From: Gammaproteobacteria bacterium
Lineage (GTDB): Bacteria; Pseudomonadota; Gammaproteobacteria; GCA-001735895
DNA: 64,000 nucleotides
Reading direction: 5' to 3'
NCBI GenBank assembly: GCA_050306135.1
Contig: JBNLGQ010000042.1
Location: forward strand, 1,233 to 65,232
Translations under genes and position numbers: made by a program
Notes under the pieces: model-generated
What the model was told of the DNA's origin: nothing
Seen by the model: the letters and a program-made list of their open reading frames with translations, nothing else
The model's database searches: none
Shown here: positions 27,714 through 37,890 of the stretch, piece by piece
Position numbering within the stretch: position 1 is the first letter of the stretch
How the letters are laid out: every line of letters starts with the position of its first letter

Positions 27714-30700
27714 CTATCTTTTCTGTGGAGATCTACTTTGTTGGATCTGGGGTTTTACCTGCTTAGCTATGCTATCTAATTTACGATTTATCTCTGACAT
27801 ATTTTTATGTGTACCCAGATCTAAATCCAGCTTGCCATTCATAATTCGAACTAGAGGTTGCAGCGTATTCTCAAGTACATCAGCCAGTTTATCGGATGAT
27901 GTACTTCCTGAGTCATTAGGACTTTCTTCCTGAATACCCGCATTGATATTATCGACCAGTTGATTGATCGCTTTGGCTATATCCGAAAGTGCCTTCTGAT
28001 TTTGTTTTCTGTTAATAGCGATCTCTCGACTCTTTACTTCATTTTCTTCACTTCGAGATTTTTCAGCGCTGTCACGCCATGCATTGATACCACCAACCAG
28101 ATCATTAAGCTGTACTACAATTTTTGATCCGGTATCGGCATCATCACCACCCATTGCCTTATTGCGCATAAAATCAGCTTTGATTTGAGCCCAGCGCTGC
28201 TGTTGCTCTTCACTCATAGTCTCTCTAATTTCTACCAGTTTGAGTAAATTAGCCTCTGTGCCAGTAGTGAGTAATTGAGCCTCACCCTGATAGTGATCAT
28301 CAACCAGACGTATCAACTCATCGTCACTCATGATGGAAGATATCTTTTCCGCCATCTTATTCATGTTCCGATACGATCCCTGTAACTTGAATATTGGTTC
28401 GGTGCGGTATTTATCATCCTGTGCACTTGCTGCGATGTAGGCCTGGTTTACTTTCCAGACCACATTCTGGATTATTTTCATTTTCTGTAACACATCGACT
28501 ATTTCTTTAGTTTCTGCGGAGCTGTACTGATGTGAAAAATCGGTTGTTGCGACAGCAACCCCATTAGCCATGTCGATGAATTTGTAAACGTCGCTCATTT
28601 CACGCGTTGCAAGCGGTGCTAATACAGGATTAGATGTTAATGAGTTTTCGATATAACTGAGAGCAAACACATCTTCCTTGCCACTTAAGACATCACCCAG
28701 ATTATAAATATCTGCCCGGTTAGCAAGCATATCGGGTATCTCAAAGGCTTCACCCGATTCGGTATAAGGATTACCTGCCATGACGACACAAAACTTCTTG
28801 CCGCGCATGTCATAGGTTTTGGGCTGTTTTTTCCAGACCCCTTCAATACGCCTTGTACCATCAGAGAGTGAAATAAACTTTTGCAGAAATTCACTATTGG
28901 TATGCTGTATGTCATCAAGGTATAACATGACATTGTTGCCCATCTCCAGGGCCAGGTTAAGTTTTTCCAGCTCCTGTCTGGATGCACTGTTATCTGCCTG
29001 TTCTGGATCAACCGAGGTAATTGAGTGGCCGATAACCGGACAATTTATCTTCATAAAGATAAGCCCAAGTCGGTCGGCAACATATTCCATCAAGGTAGTT
29101 TTACCGTAACCTGGTGGAGAAATCATCAATAGCAGGCCCATTAAATCGGAACGCTTTTTATCGCCGACCGTTCCTATCTGTTTGGCCAGGTTATCACCAA
29201 TTAAAGGGAGATATACTTCGTTGATAAGCCGATTTCTGACAAAAGATGACAATGGTTTTGCCTTAAATTCTTCCAGCCTTAATTGTTGTCTCTTTTCAAC
29301 AATTATCTGGTGGCGTTTTTCTAAATAATTCTGATAAGCCGGTATTACCTGCTCGTGGTGAGTGCGATTACTATCCAGAAATTGATCAAGTTGAATGGTC
29401 AGTTGACGATTTTCAATCTTGTCATGCGTGCCGAGTAAGCCTTCGATATTGAATTGAATATCGCTCTCTCTATCCTCGCGATCTATTCTTTGTTCTGCGT
29501 TTAGTATTCCAATAGCTTCAACCACAAAACTTTTGAACTGCGTTTTTTGTTGTGACTGTATAAACGCATTGAGCCAGCTCTCTGCCAGTGCCCAGCGTTT
29601 GCCTACCTGCCCTTTCATATCATCTAATGCTTTTTGATAATCACGCCAGATGTTATGCGTCTTTAAGTGTGTAATAAATTCATCACAAAGTTGTCGTGCA
29701 TATTTCGTGGTTGCAAAGCTGATTCTTTCCTGTGCTAGCTCATCTGTTAAATATTCACTGGCACTAATCAGTAGACGCTGATCTTCAGGCAAGTGATGCT
29801 GAGTGACAAACTGCAACATGTGTTCAGCAATTTCATCTCGCAGAATATTCTGGGCATTGGTATCAGAAAAGATACTGGCCATCTGTGCTGCATTTCTGGC
29901 TCGCTGATGCCATAGTTTTTGCTCGTCTCCATTTTGAGTATTAGCCCAATAGATTGCGCCTAGTCCGCGAGCCGTTGGAGAGTATTTGAAGACTCCGGCG
30001 GTTTGGTACACCGGTACTATTTTAATAAGAATTAAGCTGGCATCATGATCATGTATGCCTTTTTCATATCCTTCCTTATAACGTGCAGAGGCAAAGCTTG
30101 TTACCAGTTTAAGCATATCTTTCTGGTCTGCCGCTGCGATACTTAAGGTCTCCCAGCTAATATTATCGTTATTATTTTCTGCTGCCTTAAGGATGCTATA
30201 GGCGAGATATTCTGCACGGCAAACCTGCTCATTTTCAGAGGGGATTTGCATAGACCAGTAATCTCGCATGCTGTTAAGCTCTGCATTGTCGAGAGCTTCA
30301 TAGAAATCGGTACCCGTTAAGCGGATATATAATTCATCGCCTCTGGGTAAAACGGTTAAATCCAGCTCCTGTGTATTGACCGAAAACTTGTGTCTCGGAC
30401 CCAGTTTGATAACCTGACCATCGGCTTCATACAGATCACTTTTATCTCTCAGTGAGCGAATCGATTGTTGCCTGACTGATTTTAACTGTGAATCCAGATC
30501 TTCGGCTTTTACGCTGTCATCTAATGCCCTTAATTTAGCGATGATATCGTTGATTTTTCCGACCAGACTGTCGGCACTAAAAAAGGTATTTAATTCATCC
30601 TGTGTTGAGAAACGTTTGACTCGACGCTGAACGCTTTGCAATATGCGTTCTCCCGCATCGGCGAGTGATTGTGCCTTGCGTTGCTGAGCATCGATTAAAC

Positions 30701-32993
30701 CCTGCTTATGTTCTTCAAATGTTTCGAATATTTCTTCGCGTTTTTTGACTATATCAGCAATGAAATCATCATAGTCTCCAAACTCAGCTTCGAGTTCTTC
30801 CATCTGTACCAGAAGTCTGGAAAACTGTTCATCACTTTTTGTCGGCGTGGTAGACATGCCGAGTGCGTTGTGAATACTCTGCTCCAACAGTTTGAGTCGT
30901 GCTGAAAACTGCGCAGTGGCTTCTGCGCTGCCCATGGTTTTACGTTGATGCTCAAGTTCTGCGTTTTGCTGATTGAGGCGGCTATATAGCTCAGAAACAG
31001 CATCGACTATTCTGGTTTGAACGGTGGCGTCTTCTACTTTTAATGTCGCCATCATTTCAGAAATCAGATCCAGAGATTGAGCCAGTTTCTGTAGCGTTTC
31101 AATATGAGGTTTTAATTCAGCGTTGGTTTTGCATTTAATACGTTCCGCTGCAACACTATCGAGTACCTTGTAATAACTTTTTAAAGCGCCTTCGGAACCC
31201 AGAAACTCAACCGTATGTGTATTAAGCGTTTGCTCAACTTTGGCAATATCAGTATCTAATTGTTCAATCTTATCAGTGTCGATATAGCGATATGATTTTA
31301 TCGTCATCAAATGACCACGATGCTGTCTTATGCTGAATAATCCATCGACATATTCCTGTGGGGAGTGCCAGCTATCAGGTTCGATATTACGTATTATTTC
31401 GAGTTGAGCTGCTTCTGCTTCTGTCAGTGCCTTGGTCGATTGCGCCCGAATACTTTCAACTTTTTCATATTCGTCTATCACCAGCTCGGCAGTATTTCCT
31501 ATCTGACGCAATAGTTTTGCAATTGCAGCCAGATCGGGCGAATCTAACCAGTAATAATTATCGAAAATTTTATGACAGGATTGACTGATACGATTATAGT
31601 GATCGGCTGATACATCCTCTAACAGCATACTTCTGCTGATGCTATATAGCTCAGAGATGCCTCGAACCAGTTCGGCATTACCAATTTTTCCATAAAAGCT
31701 TTGCGATGGTGGCTGTTTACTGGCATGGCTATCGCTGTAATAAGGCGTTTGCCAGATTTGTAATGGATGTACTCTGCCCGGTTCATCTTCTGCATAAAAG
31801 ATGATCATGCGTCCATCATCATATAAACCATAGCCATGGCCCTTTAACGGGTTCTGTAATGATTTTTCAATCAGATTGTATCCATACAGTACGATGACAT
31901 TGGTTTCCGGCTGGTAAAATACATACAGTACATCCTCACCATTAGGTGAACGCATCGAACGCTTGAAGACCAGATTTTCCAGGTTTTCATCGAATGTTTT
32001 AGTTTCTCCGGTGGTTAAATAATAACCGCCTGGAAAAATGATGCCCTGGTCTTCCGGTAGTTGTAAACAGGCGCCACCAATCGCATCAATTCGTTGTACA
32101 TCCTGTGTGTTTCGATTAAAGACCAGATAACGAAAATTTTCTTCGCGATAGGGTTTTATCTTTAACAGGATGAGCTGGTTAAGATTCGCGTAGAAAAATT
32201 CAGCATCGTCCAGAGACTGGTTTTCCTCTTCAACGGATTCTGAATATATACCGAGTCCGACATCAGTATTGTTTTCTACCTTAATGGTAATATCGCCACG
32301 AGAAGCATCAACAAACAGGGTATCCAGTATATTGATATGCGGATTACGTCCATCTACGACATCATCACGTTGGCACTCTACCCACTCAAAATCGTGACTT
32401 GCCGGTAACTGGATATCGCGCTCGCCACGGTTATCGATATACTCAATCTGTTTACCATCCGCAGAAACTTCCCAGCGGAATACACGAACATCTGTCAGCT
32501 TTTCACCAATCTGAAATGAGGCTAGCAACTTGTTATTTTTGAACACCAGCTGGGATAAAGCCGTATTTTTATAATAGGCATACAGCTCCTGAAATTCGGT
32601 TTGAAAGCGACTGTCGGCCAGAAAAGAATCTTTGACTGCAACCGATGTTAAATCATAGGCACCGTCTTTTTCATCGAGCATGTAGAGTGAAAGTACATCT
32701 TCGATACGCGTTTCTTTTCTCAGACCGATATGAACGTTATACCCAAACAGCACATATTCGCCGACCACAACCAGATCTTTTGCCTGACAGTTATTTTCAG
32801 TACGCAGTCGCAGGCGACCAAGAACTTTCATCTCGGTACTACCGAACTCTTGCTGACGTGCTGTATTGATGTCGCTGACTAACTTATCAAGTGATTGCTG
32901 CTGCTCGGTTAAGCGCTGACGAATAACTTCGTAAGCCCCACCCTCAGCCACTGCCTGTTCGGATATCGATGTCTTTTCAGTTTGATCTGTCAC
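27714..32993 (-). CDS. Giant (1759 aa) coiled-coil protein with MoxR/AAA_5-like AAA+ ATPase module
   Basis: Walker A MISPPGYGKTTLMEY at about aa 1290-1300 (nt about 29094-29120), Walker B VMLYLDD 56 aa later, and sensor-1 VVMAGNPY. A MoxR-like box follows (AGNPYTESGEAFEIPDMLANRAD, compare NP...G..LPEALLDRF). Flanking regions are dominated by heptad-like coiled coil. The roughly 450-aa N-terminal region is aromatic-rich and non-coiled. Confidence 0.7.
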   Translation of the reverse strand: MTDQTEKTSISEQAVAEGGAYEVIRQRLTEQQQSLDKLVSDINTARQQEFGSTEMKVLGRLRLRTENNCQAKDLVVVGEYVLFGYNVHIGLRKETRIEDVLSLYMLDEKDGAYDLTSVAVKDSFLADSRFQTEFQELYAYYKNTALSQLVFKNNKLLASFQIGEKLTDVRVFRWEVSADGKQIEYIDNRGERDIQLPASHDFEWVECQRDDVVDGRNPHINILDTLFVDASRGDITIKVENNTDVGLGIYSESVEEENQSLDDAEFFYANLNQLILLKIKPYREENFRYLVFNRNTQDVQRIDAIGGACLQLPEDQGIIFPGGYYLTTGETKTFDENLENLVFKRSMRSPNGEDVLYVFYQPETNVIVLYGYNLIEKSLQNPLKGHGYGLYDDGRMIIFYAEDEPGRVHPLQIWQTPYYSDSHASKQPPSQSFYGKIGNAELVRGISELYSISRSMLLEDVSADHYNRISQSCHKIFDNYYWLDSPDLAAIAKLLRQIGNTAELVIDEYEKVESIRAQSTKALTEAEAAQLEIIRNIEPDSWHSPQEYVDGLFSIRQHRGHLMTIKSYRYIDTDKIEQLDTDIAKVEQTLNTHTVEFLGSEGALKSYYKVLDSVAAERIKCKTNAELKPHIETLQKLAQSLDLISEMMATLKVEDATVQTRIVDAVSELYSRLNQQNAELEHQRKTMGSAEATAQFSARLKLLEQSIHNALGMSTTPTKSDEQFSRLLVQMEELEAEFGDYDDFIADIVKKREEIFETFEEHKQGLIDAQQRKAQSLADAGERILQSVQRRVKRFSTQDELNTFFSADSLVGKINDIIAKLRALDDSVKAEDLDSQLKSVRQQSIRSLRDKSDLYEADGQVIKLGPRHKFSVNTQELDLTVLPRGDELYIRLTGTDFYEALDNAELNSMRDYWSMQIPSENEQVCRAEYLAYSILKAAENNNDNISWETLSIAAADQKDMLKLVTSFASARYKEGYEKGIHDHDASLILIKIVPVYQTAGVFKYSPTARGLGAIYWANTQNGDEQKLWHQRARNAAQMASIFSDTNAQNILRDEIAEHMLQFVTQHHLPEDQRLLISASEYLTDELAQERISFATTKYARQLCDEFITHLKTHNIWRDYQKALDDMKGQVGKRWALAESWLNAFIQSQQKTQFKSFVVEAIGILNAEQRIDREDRESDIQFNIEGLLGTHDKIENRQLTIQLDQFLDSNRTHHEQVIPAYQNYLEKRHQIIVEKRQQLRLEEFKAKPLSSFVRNRLINEVYLPLIGDNLAKQIGTVGDKKRSDLMGLLLMISPPGYGKTTLMEYVADRLGLIFMKINCPVIGHSITSVDPEQADNSASRQELEKLNLALEMGNNVMLYLDDIQHTNSEFLQKFISLSDGTRRIEGVWKKQPKTYDMRGKKFCVVMAGNPYTESGEAFEIPDMLANRADIYNLGDVLSGKEDVFALSYIENSLTSNPVLAPLATREMSDVYKFIDMANGVAVATTDFSHQYSSAETKEIVDVLQKMKIIQNVVWKVNQAYIAASAQDDKYRTEPIFKLQGSYRNMNKMAEKISSIMSDDELIRLVDDHYQGEAQLLTTGTEANLLKLVEIRETMSEEQQQRWAQIKADFMRNKAMGGDDADTGSKIVVQLNDLVGGINAWRDSAEKSRSEENEVKSREIAINRKQNQKALSDIAKAINQLVDNINAGIQEESPNDSGSTSSDKLADVLENTLQPLVRIMNGKLDLDLGTHKNMSEINRKLDSIAKQVKPQIQQSRSPQKR

Positions 32994-33082
32994 GTGTATT
33001 CCCTGCCATTAGTTACAGTCATTAGCTTGATCTGGGCACTCTTGATATACAGAGTGCCCGGGAAGATTGGCATGTAGATTGA

Positions 33083-35074
33083 TTAAGAATTTAAATCAGC
33101 TTTGGTATCTTCACTATCTGACCCAGGAATGGTTTTGGGTACATTACTGGCACCGCCCATGAGCTTTTCCATCAAAGCCTGAACAATCGGACTTTTCTCG
33201 ATAAAACCGTTCACTGCATTTCCGGCACCCATGCCTTTGGCAAGCTTGTCGAAGTAATCGCCCTGGCCACCGACGATATCGATATTTGCATTTTTAAGCG
33301 CAGCAGCCAGTACATCTGCCTGATCTCCTGCAATTTCTTTATTGGCTTCGATAGAGGCCATAACTTCCTGTAGATGAACATCAAGATTAAGGCGGAATTC
33401 TTCGAACTCACGAGACTCTTTATTCATATTGTTCATTGCGGCAAATTTTTCTACCAGAGCGTCGGCTTCAGCCTTACCTTTTTCGCGTAAAACTTCAGCA
33501 TGACTCATTCCGATTTCCTTATTAGCTACGGCTTCAGCTTTGCCCAGTTCCTCATTACCGCGGGCTTCTGCAGTTAATTTCTCTTCCAGTACTCGGGCTT
33601 CTGCAAGACCTGCTTTTTCGGATGAAATAGCTTTCGCTTCCTGAACATGCGCTTCGGCAATGCCTTCCTTCTCAGTGGCATCCGCTTTCGCTTCCATGAC
33701 TCGAGCTTCTGCCAACCCTTTAGCAGCAGCGGTTGCCTGCGCACCTTCAGCTAATTTCTTCTCAGCTTCAGATTTTTTCGATGCAGCTTCTAATTCGGCC
33801 TGTGCCATTACATTAATTTCACGGGCTTTATGTGTTGCTTTCTTTTCATCCGCTTCTGCTCGCATCACAGTATGTACCAGTTCTTCCTGAGCGGACGCCT
33901 CGGCTGCTAGCACCAGCACCTGTTTATTACGGTCTGCTTCAGAAACTTCTTTAACTTCTTTAATACGCTCTTCTTCTTCGGTTACTTTCTTTTCAACCGC
34001 GATTCTTTCACTGATGGTCTGCGCAATGACTTTCTTTTCTTCTTCAAGTGCCTTGTCTTTTTCAATAATGGCTAATTCAACTTCGCGATGTCGATTAACC
34101 TCTTCCATTTTCTGCGCCCGGATGACCTTTTCCTTTTCGATCACAACGGCACGTTCGCGGTTTTGTTCTGCTATCTCGACCTGACGAAGTTTGACCTGAT
34201 TACGAATTTCGAGTTGCTCATTGGTTTCGATGGTAGCCTGATCCGCTTTAAGACGCTCTTCTTCCTGAACCTTTTTGGTTTCTGCAGCTTCACGCGCCTG
34301 TACAGTTTCTATTTCACGTTTCTGCTTTGACTCAGCATCGACCTGCTGACGCTCTAAAGCCAGCATGGCTTCGCGGGTTTCAACATTCTTTTTGGTAATG
34401 GCGAGGGTTTCATCTTTTTCCAGACGGTTAGTCTGGACATTCTGGATAGCGGTGATTTCAGTGATTCTACGAATACCTTCTGAATCAAGAATATTAGTGG
34501 GATCGAGCTGGGACTTCGGTGTTTGTTCCAGATAATCAATTGCAACGTCTTCTAATACATAGCCATTCAGATCATCACCAATCACCTCGATAATTTTCTC
34601 CCTGAACTTGATTCTGTTTTCAAACAGGTCAAGAAATACCATGTTTTTACCCACGGTCTTTAATGCCTCAGAAAACTTGGCTCCGAATAATTCGTCTACC
34701 GCATCTTTATCTGACGCCCGGTCTACACCAATCGATTTGGCAACTCGAAGCACATCTTCTCTGGTTTCGTTCACTCTCAGGTAAAACGCCACGATAATAT
34801 CTGCACGAAGATTATCCTGACAAATCAGGCCATCTTTCCCTCTACGGTCAATTTCCAGGGTAATGAGAGAAATCTTCATGACTTCCATCTTGTGGATAAC
34901 CGGCCACACAAGACCACCTGTAAAATGCACCTTGGGCTTTGATGACATATCGTTGACGATTAATGCGTATCCCTGAGGTACTTTTTTATAAAAGGCACTG
35001 AAAATCATCGCTAAAGCGACTATAGCGATTAAGATAATGCCGCCGTAAGTTAATATTGGTAATAGTAATTCCAT
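33083..35074 (-). CDS. yqiK: Flotillin-like SPFH/Band-7 protein (YqiK family) with long C-terminal Ala/Glu-rich coiled-coil repeats
   Basis: N-terminal TM anchor followed by an SPFH/PHB domain. The C-terminus has tandem EA repeats (LAEARVMEAKA... GLAEARVLEEK). Sits immediately downstream of an NfeD-like yqiJ homologue, as in the E. coli yqiJK operon. Confidence 0.75.
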   Translation of the reverse strand: MELLLPILTYGGIILIAIVALAMIFSAFYKKVPQGYALIVNDMSSKPKVHFTGGLVWPVIHKMEVMKISLITLEIDRRGKDGLICQDNLRADIIVAFYLRVNETREDVLRVAKSIGVDRASDKDAVDELFGAKFSEALKTVGKNMVFLDLFENRIKFREKIIEVIGDDLNGYVLEDVAIDYLEQTPKSQLDPTNILDSEGIRRITEITAIQNVQTNRLEKDETLAITKKNVETREAMLALERQQVDAESKQKREIETVQAREAAETKKVQEEERLKADQATIETNEQLEIRNQVKLRQVEIAEQNRERAVVIEKEKVIRAQKMEEVNRHREVELAIIEKDKALEEEKKVIAQTISERIAVEKKVTEEEERIKEVKEVSEADRNKQVLVLAAEASAQEELVHTVMRAEADEKKATHKAREINVMAQAELEAASKKSEAEKKLAEGAQATAAAKGLAEARVMEAKADATEKEGIAEAHVQEAKAISSEKAGLAEARVLEEKLTAEARGNEELGKAEAVANKEIGMSHAEVLREKGKAEADALVEKFAAMNNMNKESREFEEFRLNLDVHLQEVMASIEANKEIAGDQADVLAAALKNANIDIVGGQGDYFDKLAKGMGAGNAVNGFIEKSPIVQALMEKLMGGASNVPKTIPGSDSEDTKADLNS

Positions 35075-35141
35075 TGGTAACGCTCCTAAAAATAAGTGTT
35101 CATGTTAAATGTAAATCTGTTAAACCTGTTTGTTTACTGTA

Positions 35142-35810
35142 TTAATCTAAATGTTGTTTAAAATCTGCTTCACTAACCACGTTAAAAACCTGTTTCTCTT
35201 TATTGTGTTCAATCACTACTACCCTGTCTCCGGTGTTAAAGGTCTGATCCCCCACTGCCCTGACTTTCACAATCAGACTCGCTCCTTCAAGCTGACATTC
35301 TGCTTCACCAAAATCTGCATCCGCGCGGCTACTTCTAATACGACAGGTCGCCCCTAACAAAGACTTTGATATAGGCGCCTGGTTTACTTTTCTAAACAAT
35401 CCTTTAAGTGGTTTTATCATGGTTGCTGTAACTGGAATTGAAACCAAAAAACTCACGATGGCTACAGCAATATTTATCGCAACCTGAACCAGTGAAATAA
35501 ACTGCGGAAAAGTCGGGATAAGAAGAATAAGGAAGTAGCAGATAATCCATGCGTTGAGTACTAACAGGCTGATCACGATAGTGATCGGTACACCTGTTAA
35601 ACCCAAAGTGGTCAATAGCCCTGCAATACCACCTATTTCAGAAATATCACCATCCAGCTCCAGATCCATATCGATATCTACACCAACATCAAATGCATCC
35701 ATGTCAAAAGTCCCGGTAAACGCTAGCAGCCAATATCCAACAACTACCACCAGTAAGGTGGTGTAAATCACTGTTGGAAAACTGCTTATATTGACTAGAA
35801 AACCATCCAT
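35142..35810 (-). CDS. yqiJ: NfeD-like inner-membrane protein (YqiJ/DUF1449 family) with C-terminal OB-fold
   Basis: Three TM helices. An acidic loop (DMDAFDVGVDIDMDLELDGD) and a C-terminal beta-rich segment are typical of NfeD partners of SPFH proteins. Confidence 0.65.
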   Translation of the reverse strand: MDGFLVNISSFPTVIYTTLLVVVVGYWLLAFTGTFDMDAFDVGVDIDMDLELDGDISEIGGIAGLLTTLGLTGVPITIVISLLVLNAWIICYFLILLIPTFPQFISLVQVAINIAVAIVSFLVSIPVTATMIKPLKGLFRKVNQAPISKSLLGATCRIRSSRADADFGEAECQLEGASLIVKVRAVGDQTFNTGDRVVVIEHNKEKQVFNVVSEADFKQHLD

Positions 35811-35812
35811 TT

Positions 35813-36385
35813 CTAATTTCCTCGAATTATTTTACGCATTGTTTTATATTTCCTACCTGCCCATAGCCAGGCACAAAAAACACCAGATATGAATCCAAAT
35901 ATATGTCCTTCAAAACTAATCCCTGGGCGAAAGTCAAACAGAGTGAAGACCGCACCGCTATAAATTATCAGGGTGATAACTGCAATCGCAATATTTTTAA
36001 AACTACGATTAAAATACGCATTACTGATCAGATATCCCCAATACCCCATAACTAACCCGGAAGCACCCGCGTGTAACCCATCTCTTGCAAAAATCCACAC
36101 CAGTGACCCGGTGAATAGCATGATTAAAAATGTAACACGAGGCAACTTATTGAGCGAACTGACAAAAAAACCAAGAACCAGCAGCGGTATGGTATTGGAT
36201 AACAAATGCCCAATACTGTTGTGCAGAAAGTGCATGGTGATTATGCCGTATAAACTACCCACTTCTCTAGGGCGTAGTGCATAATGATTTAAGCCATGAC
36301 TTAAAAGCAGATTCACTATTTCTATACCCCATAATAAGACTATATAAATTAGTAATAATTTATAGTCCTTCATTGCCTTTCGCAT
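35813..36385 (-). CDS. Rhomboid family intramembrane serine protease
   Basis: Six TM helices, a catalytic GxSG (HAGASGLVMGY) and a TM6 His motif (HIFGFISG). Lies 2 nt from yqiJ. Confidence 0.75.
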   Translation of the reverse strand: MRKAMKDYKLLLIYIVLLWGIEIVNLLLSHGLNHYALRPREVGSLYGIITMHFLHNSIGHLLSNTIPLLVLGFFVSSLNKLPRVTFLIMLFTGSLVWIFARDGLHAGASGLVMGYWGYLISNAYFNRSFKNIAIAVITLIIYSGAVFTLFDFRPGISFEGHIFGFISGVFCAWLWAGRKYKTMRKIIRGN

Positions 36386-36389
36386 TAGA

Positions 36390-36719
36390 CTATTGCTTTT
36401 CCTCTTTCATTACGTTGGCAATAATCTCTTTTGCTGCCTGCTCTTTAATAGCCAGTTTATCCTCTGGATCGAGTTTATAAATATTAGCTAAAATCTCATA
36501 ATCTTTAGCTGTCAATGATATGGTCAACCTGGGTCGAACCGGCTTTTTCCTCGGCAAACCCAAAATTTCACGCATTTGGTCCGATGGTGACAAACCATTT
36601 TGGCTAGCCATTAACTTTAGCTTTTTTTGCGCTTCGGTTGAAATATCGAAAGCGACCTGGGTTGCCTTGACTGCTTTCTTTTCATTTTCCCAGCGTTCGG
36701 GTTTACCTTTTTTCATCAA
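36390..36719 (-). CDS. Small DNA-binding-like protein with two tandem ribbon-helix-helix (CopG/Arc/MetJ-type) repeats
   Basis: Two repeats follow a beta-strand/helix/helix pattern: VAFDISTEAQKKLKLMASQNGLSPSDQMREILGL and RLTISLTAKDYEILANIYKLDPEDKLAIKEQAAKEII. The family assignment is inferred from pattern only. Confidence 0.45.
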   Translation of the reverse strand: MMKKGKPERWENEKKAVKATQVAFDISTEAQKKLKLMASQNGLSPSDQMREILGLPRKKPVRPRLTISLTAKDYEILANIYKLDPEDKLAIKEQAAKEIIANVMKEEKQ

Positions 36720-36741
36720 CTATCCCCGTACCTGCTCAGGT

Positions 36742-37428
36742 TTAACTTTTCGCTTTTAACCGTGCTAGAACATCTTCCGCCGAATGCTTTTCATTTTTTA
36801 TACCAGCAGCTTTCAGCTTATTATCCAGCTCATCACCACCAAGTTCCTTGCGCAGTTGAATGCCAGCATTGAGCTTATCCTGTTCAGATTGTTGCTTCTG
36901 TTTAATTCTTTCTAACGATTCACGAGCAGAACCGATAGCGCTATCATTGGCTGTGACAGTTTGAGTAACCGATTTAGTAGCCTGTTGAACTGACTCTCTA
37001 GCCTTGGCCATTGCCAGCTCTCTTTCATGCTCGGCGATAATTTTTTCGGCTTCCTGTATCTGAGACTTCAATATCGATACATTCTGATCATAAGTGGCAA
37101 GTTCATTACTCACTTCCTCAGCAGAAGCTTCCAGCTTAGCAATCTTACCAGCAACTTCTAAAGCAAGCGCTTCATCCGATTTTTCCAGGGCTTTAACTGC
37201 ATAGCCTTCATTTTCGGTTATCTTTTCCATGATGTCTGCCAGTTTTCTTTCAGTAGCCATCTTCTTTGCCACTATTTCAGTCAAGCCTTCTTTAGCTTCG
37301 GCAAGACTGGCTTTTGAATCTTCGATTTCCTGTTCAAAAATCCTCATCGCCTGTGTATCGACAATGGCTTCGCCCAGTTCTCTGGCTCCACCGCGTAAAG
37401 ATGTTAATAATTTTTTCATCACGTTCAT
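36742..37428 (-). CDS. PspA/IM30 family protein (YjfJ-like; bacterial ESCRT-III superfamily)
   Basis: 228-aa all-helical protein with the PspA-like N-terminal amphipathic helix and coiled-coil hairpin (LGEAIVDTQAMRIFEQEIEDSKASLAEAKEGLTEIVAKK...). Confidence 0.8.
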   Translation of the reverse strand: MNVMKKLLTSLRGGARELGEAIVDTQAMRIFEQEIEDSKASLAEAKEGLTEIVAKKMATERKLADIMEKITENEGYAVKALEKSDEALALEVAGKIAKLEASAEEVSNELATYDQNVSILKSQIQEAEKIIAEHERELAMAKARESVQQATKSVTQTVTANDSAIGSARESLERIKQKQQSEQDKLNAGIQLRKELGGDELDNKLKAAGIKNEKHSAEDVLARLKAKS

Positions 37429-37468
37429 TTCTTTCTTCCTCTTAATATTAAATCCAGATAAGTATTGA

Positions 37469-37876
37469 TTACTTAATGTAATCTTCTAAGGCCTGCAGTG
37501 TATCTATTGAGTTGGCTGCCAATGTAATCAATTCCTGGCAGATGCTTTCATTATTAGACTCACGATCAAGCGCTCCAAATATGGTGTAATAATCATCCAC
37601 CAGAGCAAACGCACTCAATGGCATGGGTACATTCAGCTCCAGTAGATATTGATTTAATTCAGCCTCCATTTCCGAATGAATCTCCTGTTTGGTGAATAGA
37701 TAAGAAATACATAATATTTGAGTTTCAGTCACGGTAATGAAGATCGGAATTTCCTCAAGCCCACTGACCTCAACCCTTAACACCTCCTGTCCACTATTCA
37801 TCGGTAAACAATTAAACCGATAACCCTTAAATTCACAGTCTGACAAATGTTTAGACAAATCTTGCAATACACTCAT
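37469..37876 (-). CDS. YjfI-like DUF2170 protein
   Basis: 135-aa protein whose C-terminal region (DDYYTIFGALDRESNNESICQELITLAANSIDTLQALEDY) resembles what I recall of E. coli YjfI, the gene upstream of the PspA-like yjfJ. This comparison is from memory and unverified. It is the first gene of the operon, with an AAGGAG RBS at 37881-37886. Confidence 0.55.
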   Translation of the reverse strand: MSVLQDLSKHLSDCEFKGYRFNCLPMNSGQEVLRVEVSGLEEIPIFITVTETQILCISYLFTKQEIHSEMEAELNQYLLELNVPMPLSAFALVDDYYTIFGALDRESNNESICQELITLAANSIDTLQALEDYIK

Positions 37877-37890
37877 GATAACTCCTTGCT

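Noticed and set aside
28685-31588. Several 65-108-aa ORFs inside or antisense to the giant gene (e.g. 28685-29011, 28819-29109, 30749-31003, 31358-31588)
   Set aside because: They are fully embedded in a long, well-supported coding frame, have no motifs, and have a composition typical of antisense or shadow frames.
27714-32993. Giant protein considered as a polymorphic toxin (RHS/YD), NRPS/PKS, adhesin or SMC
   Set aside because: By eye it has no repeats, no secretion signal, no condensation, adenylation or YD motifs, and no SMC hinge or split Walker arrangement. It has a single contiguous AAA+ module, so those classes were rejected.
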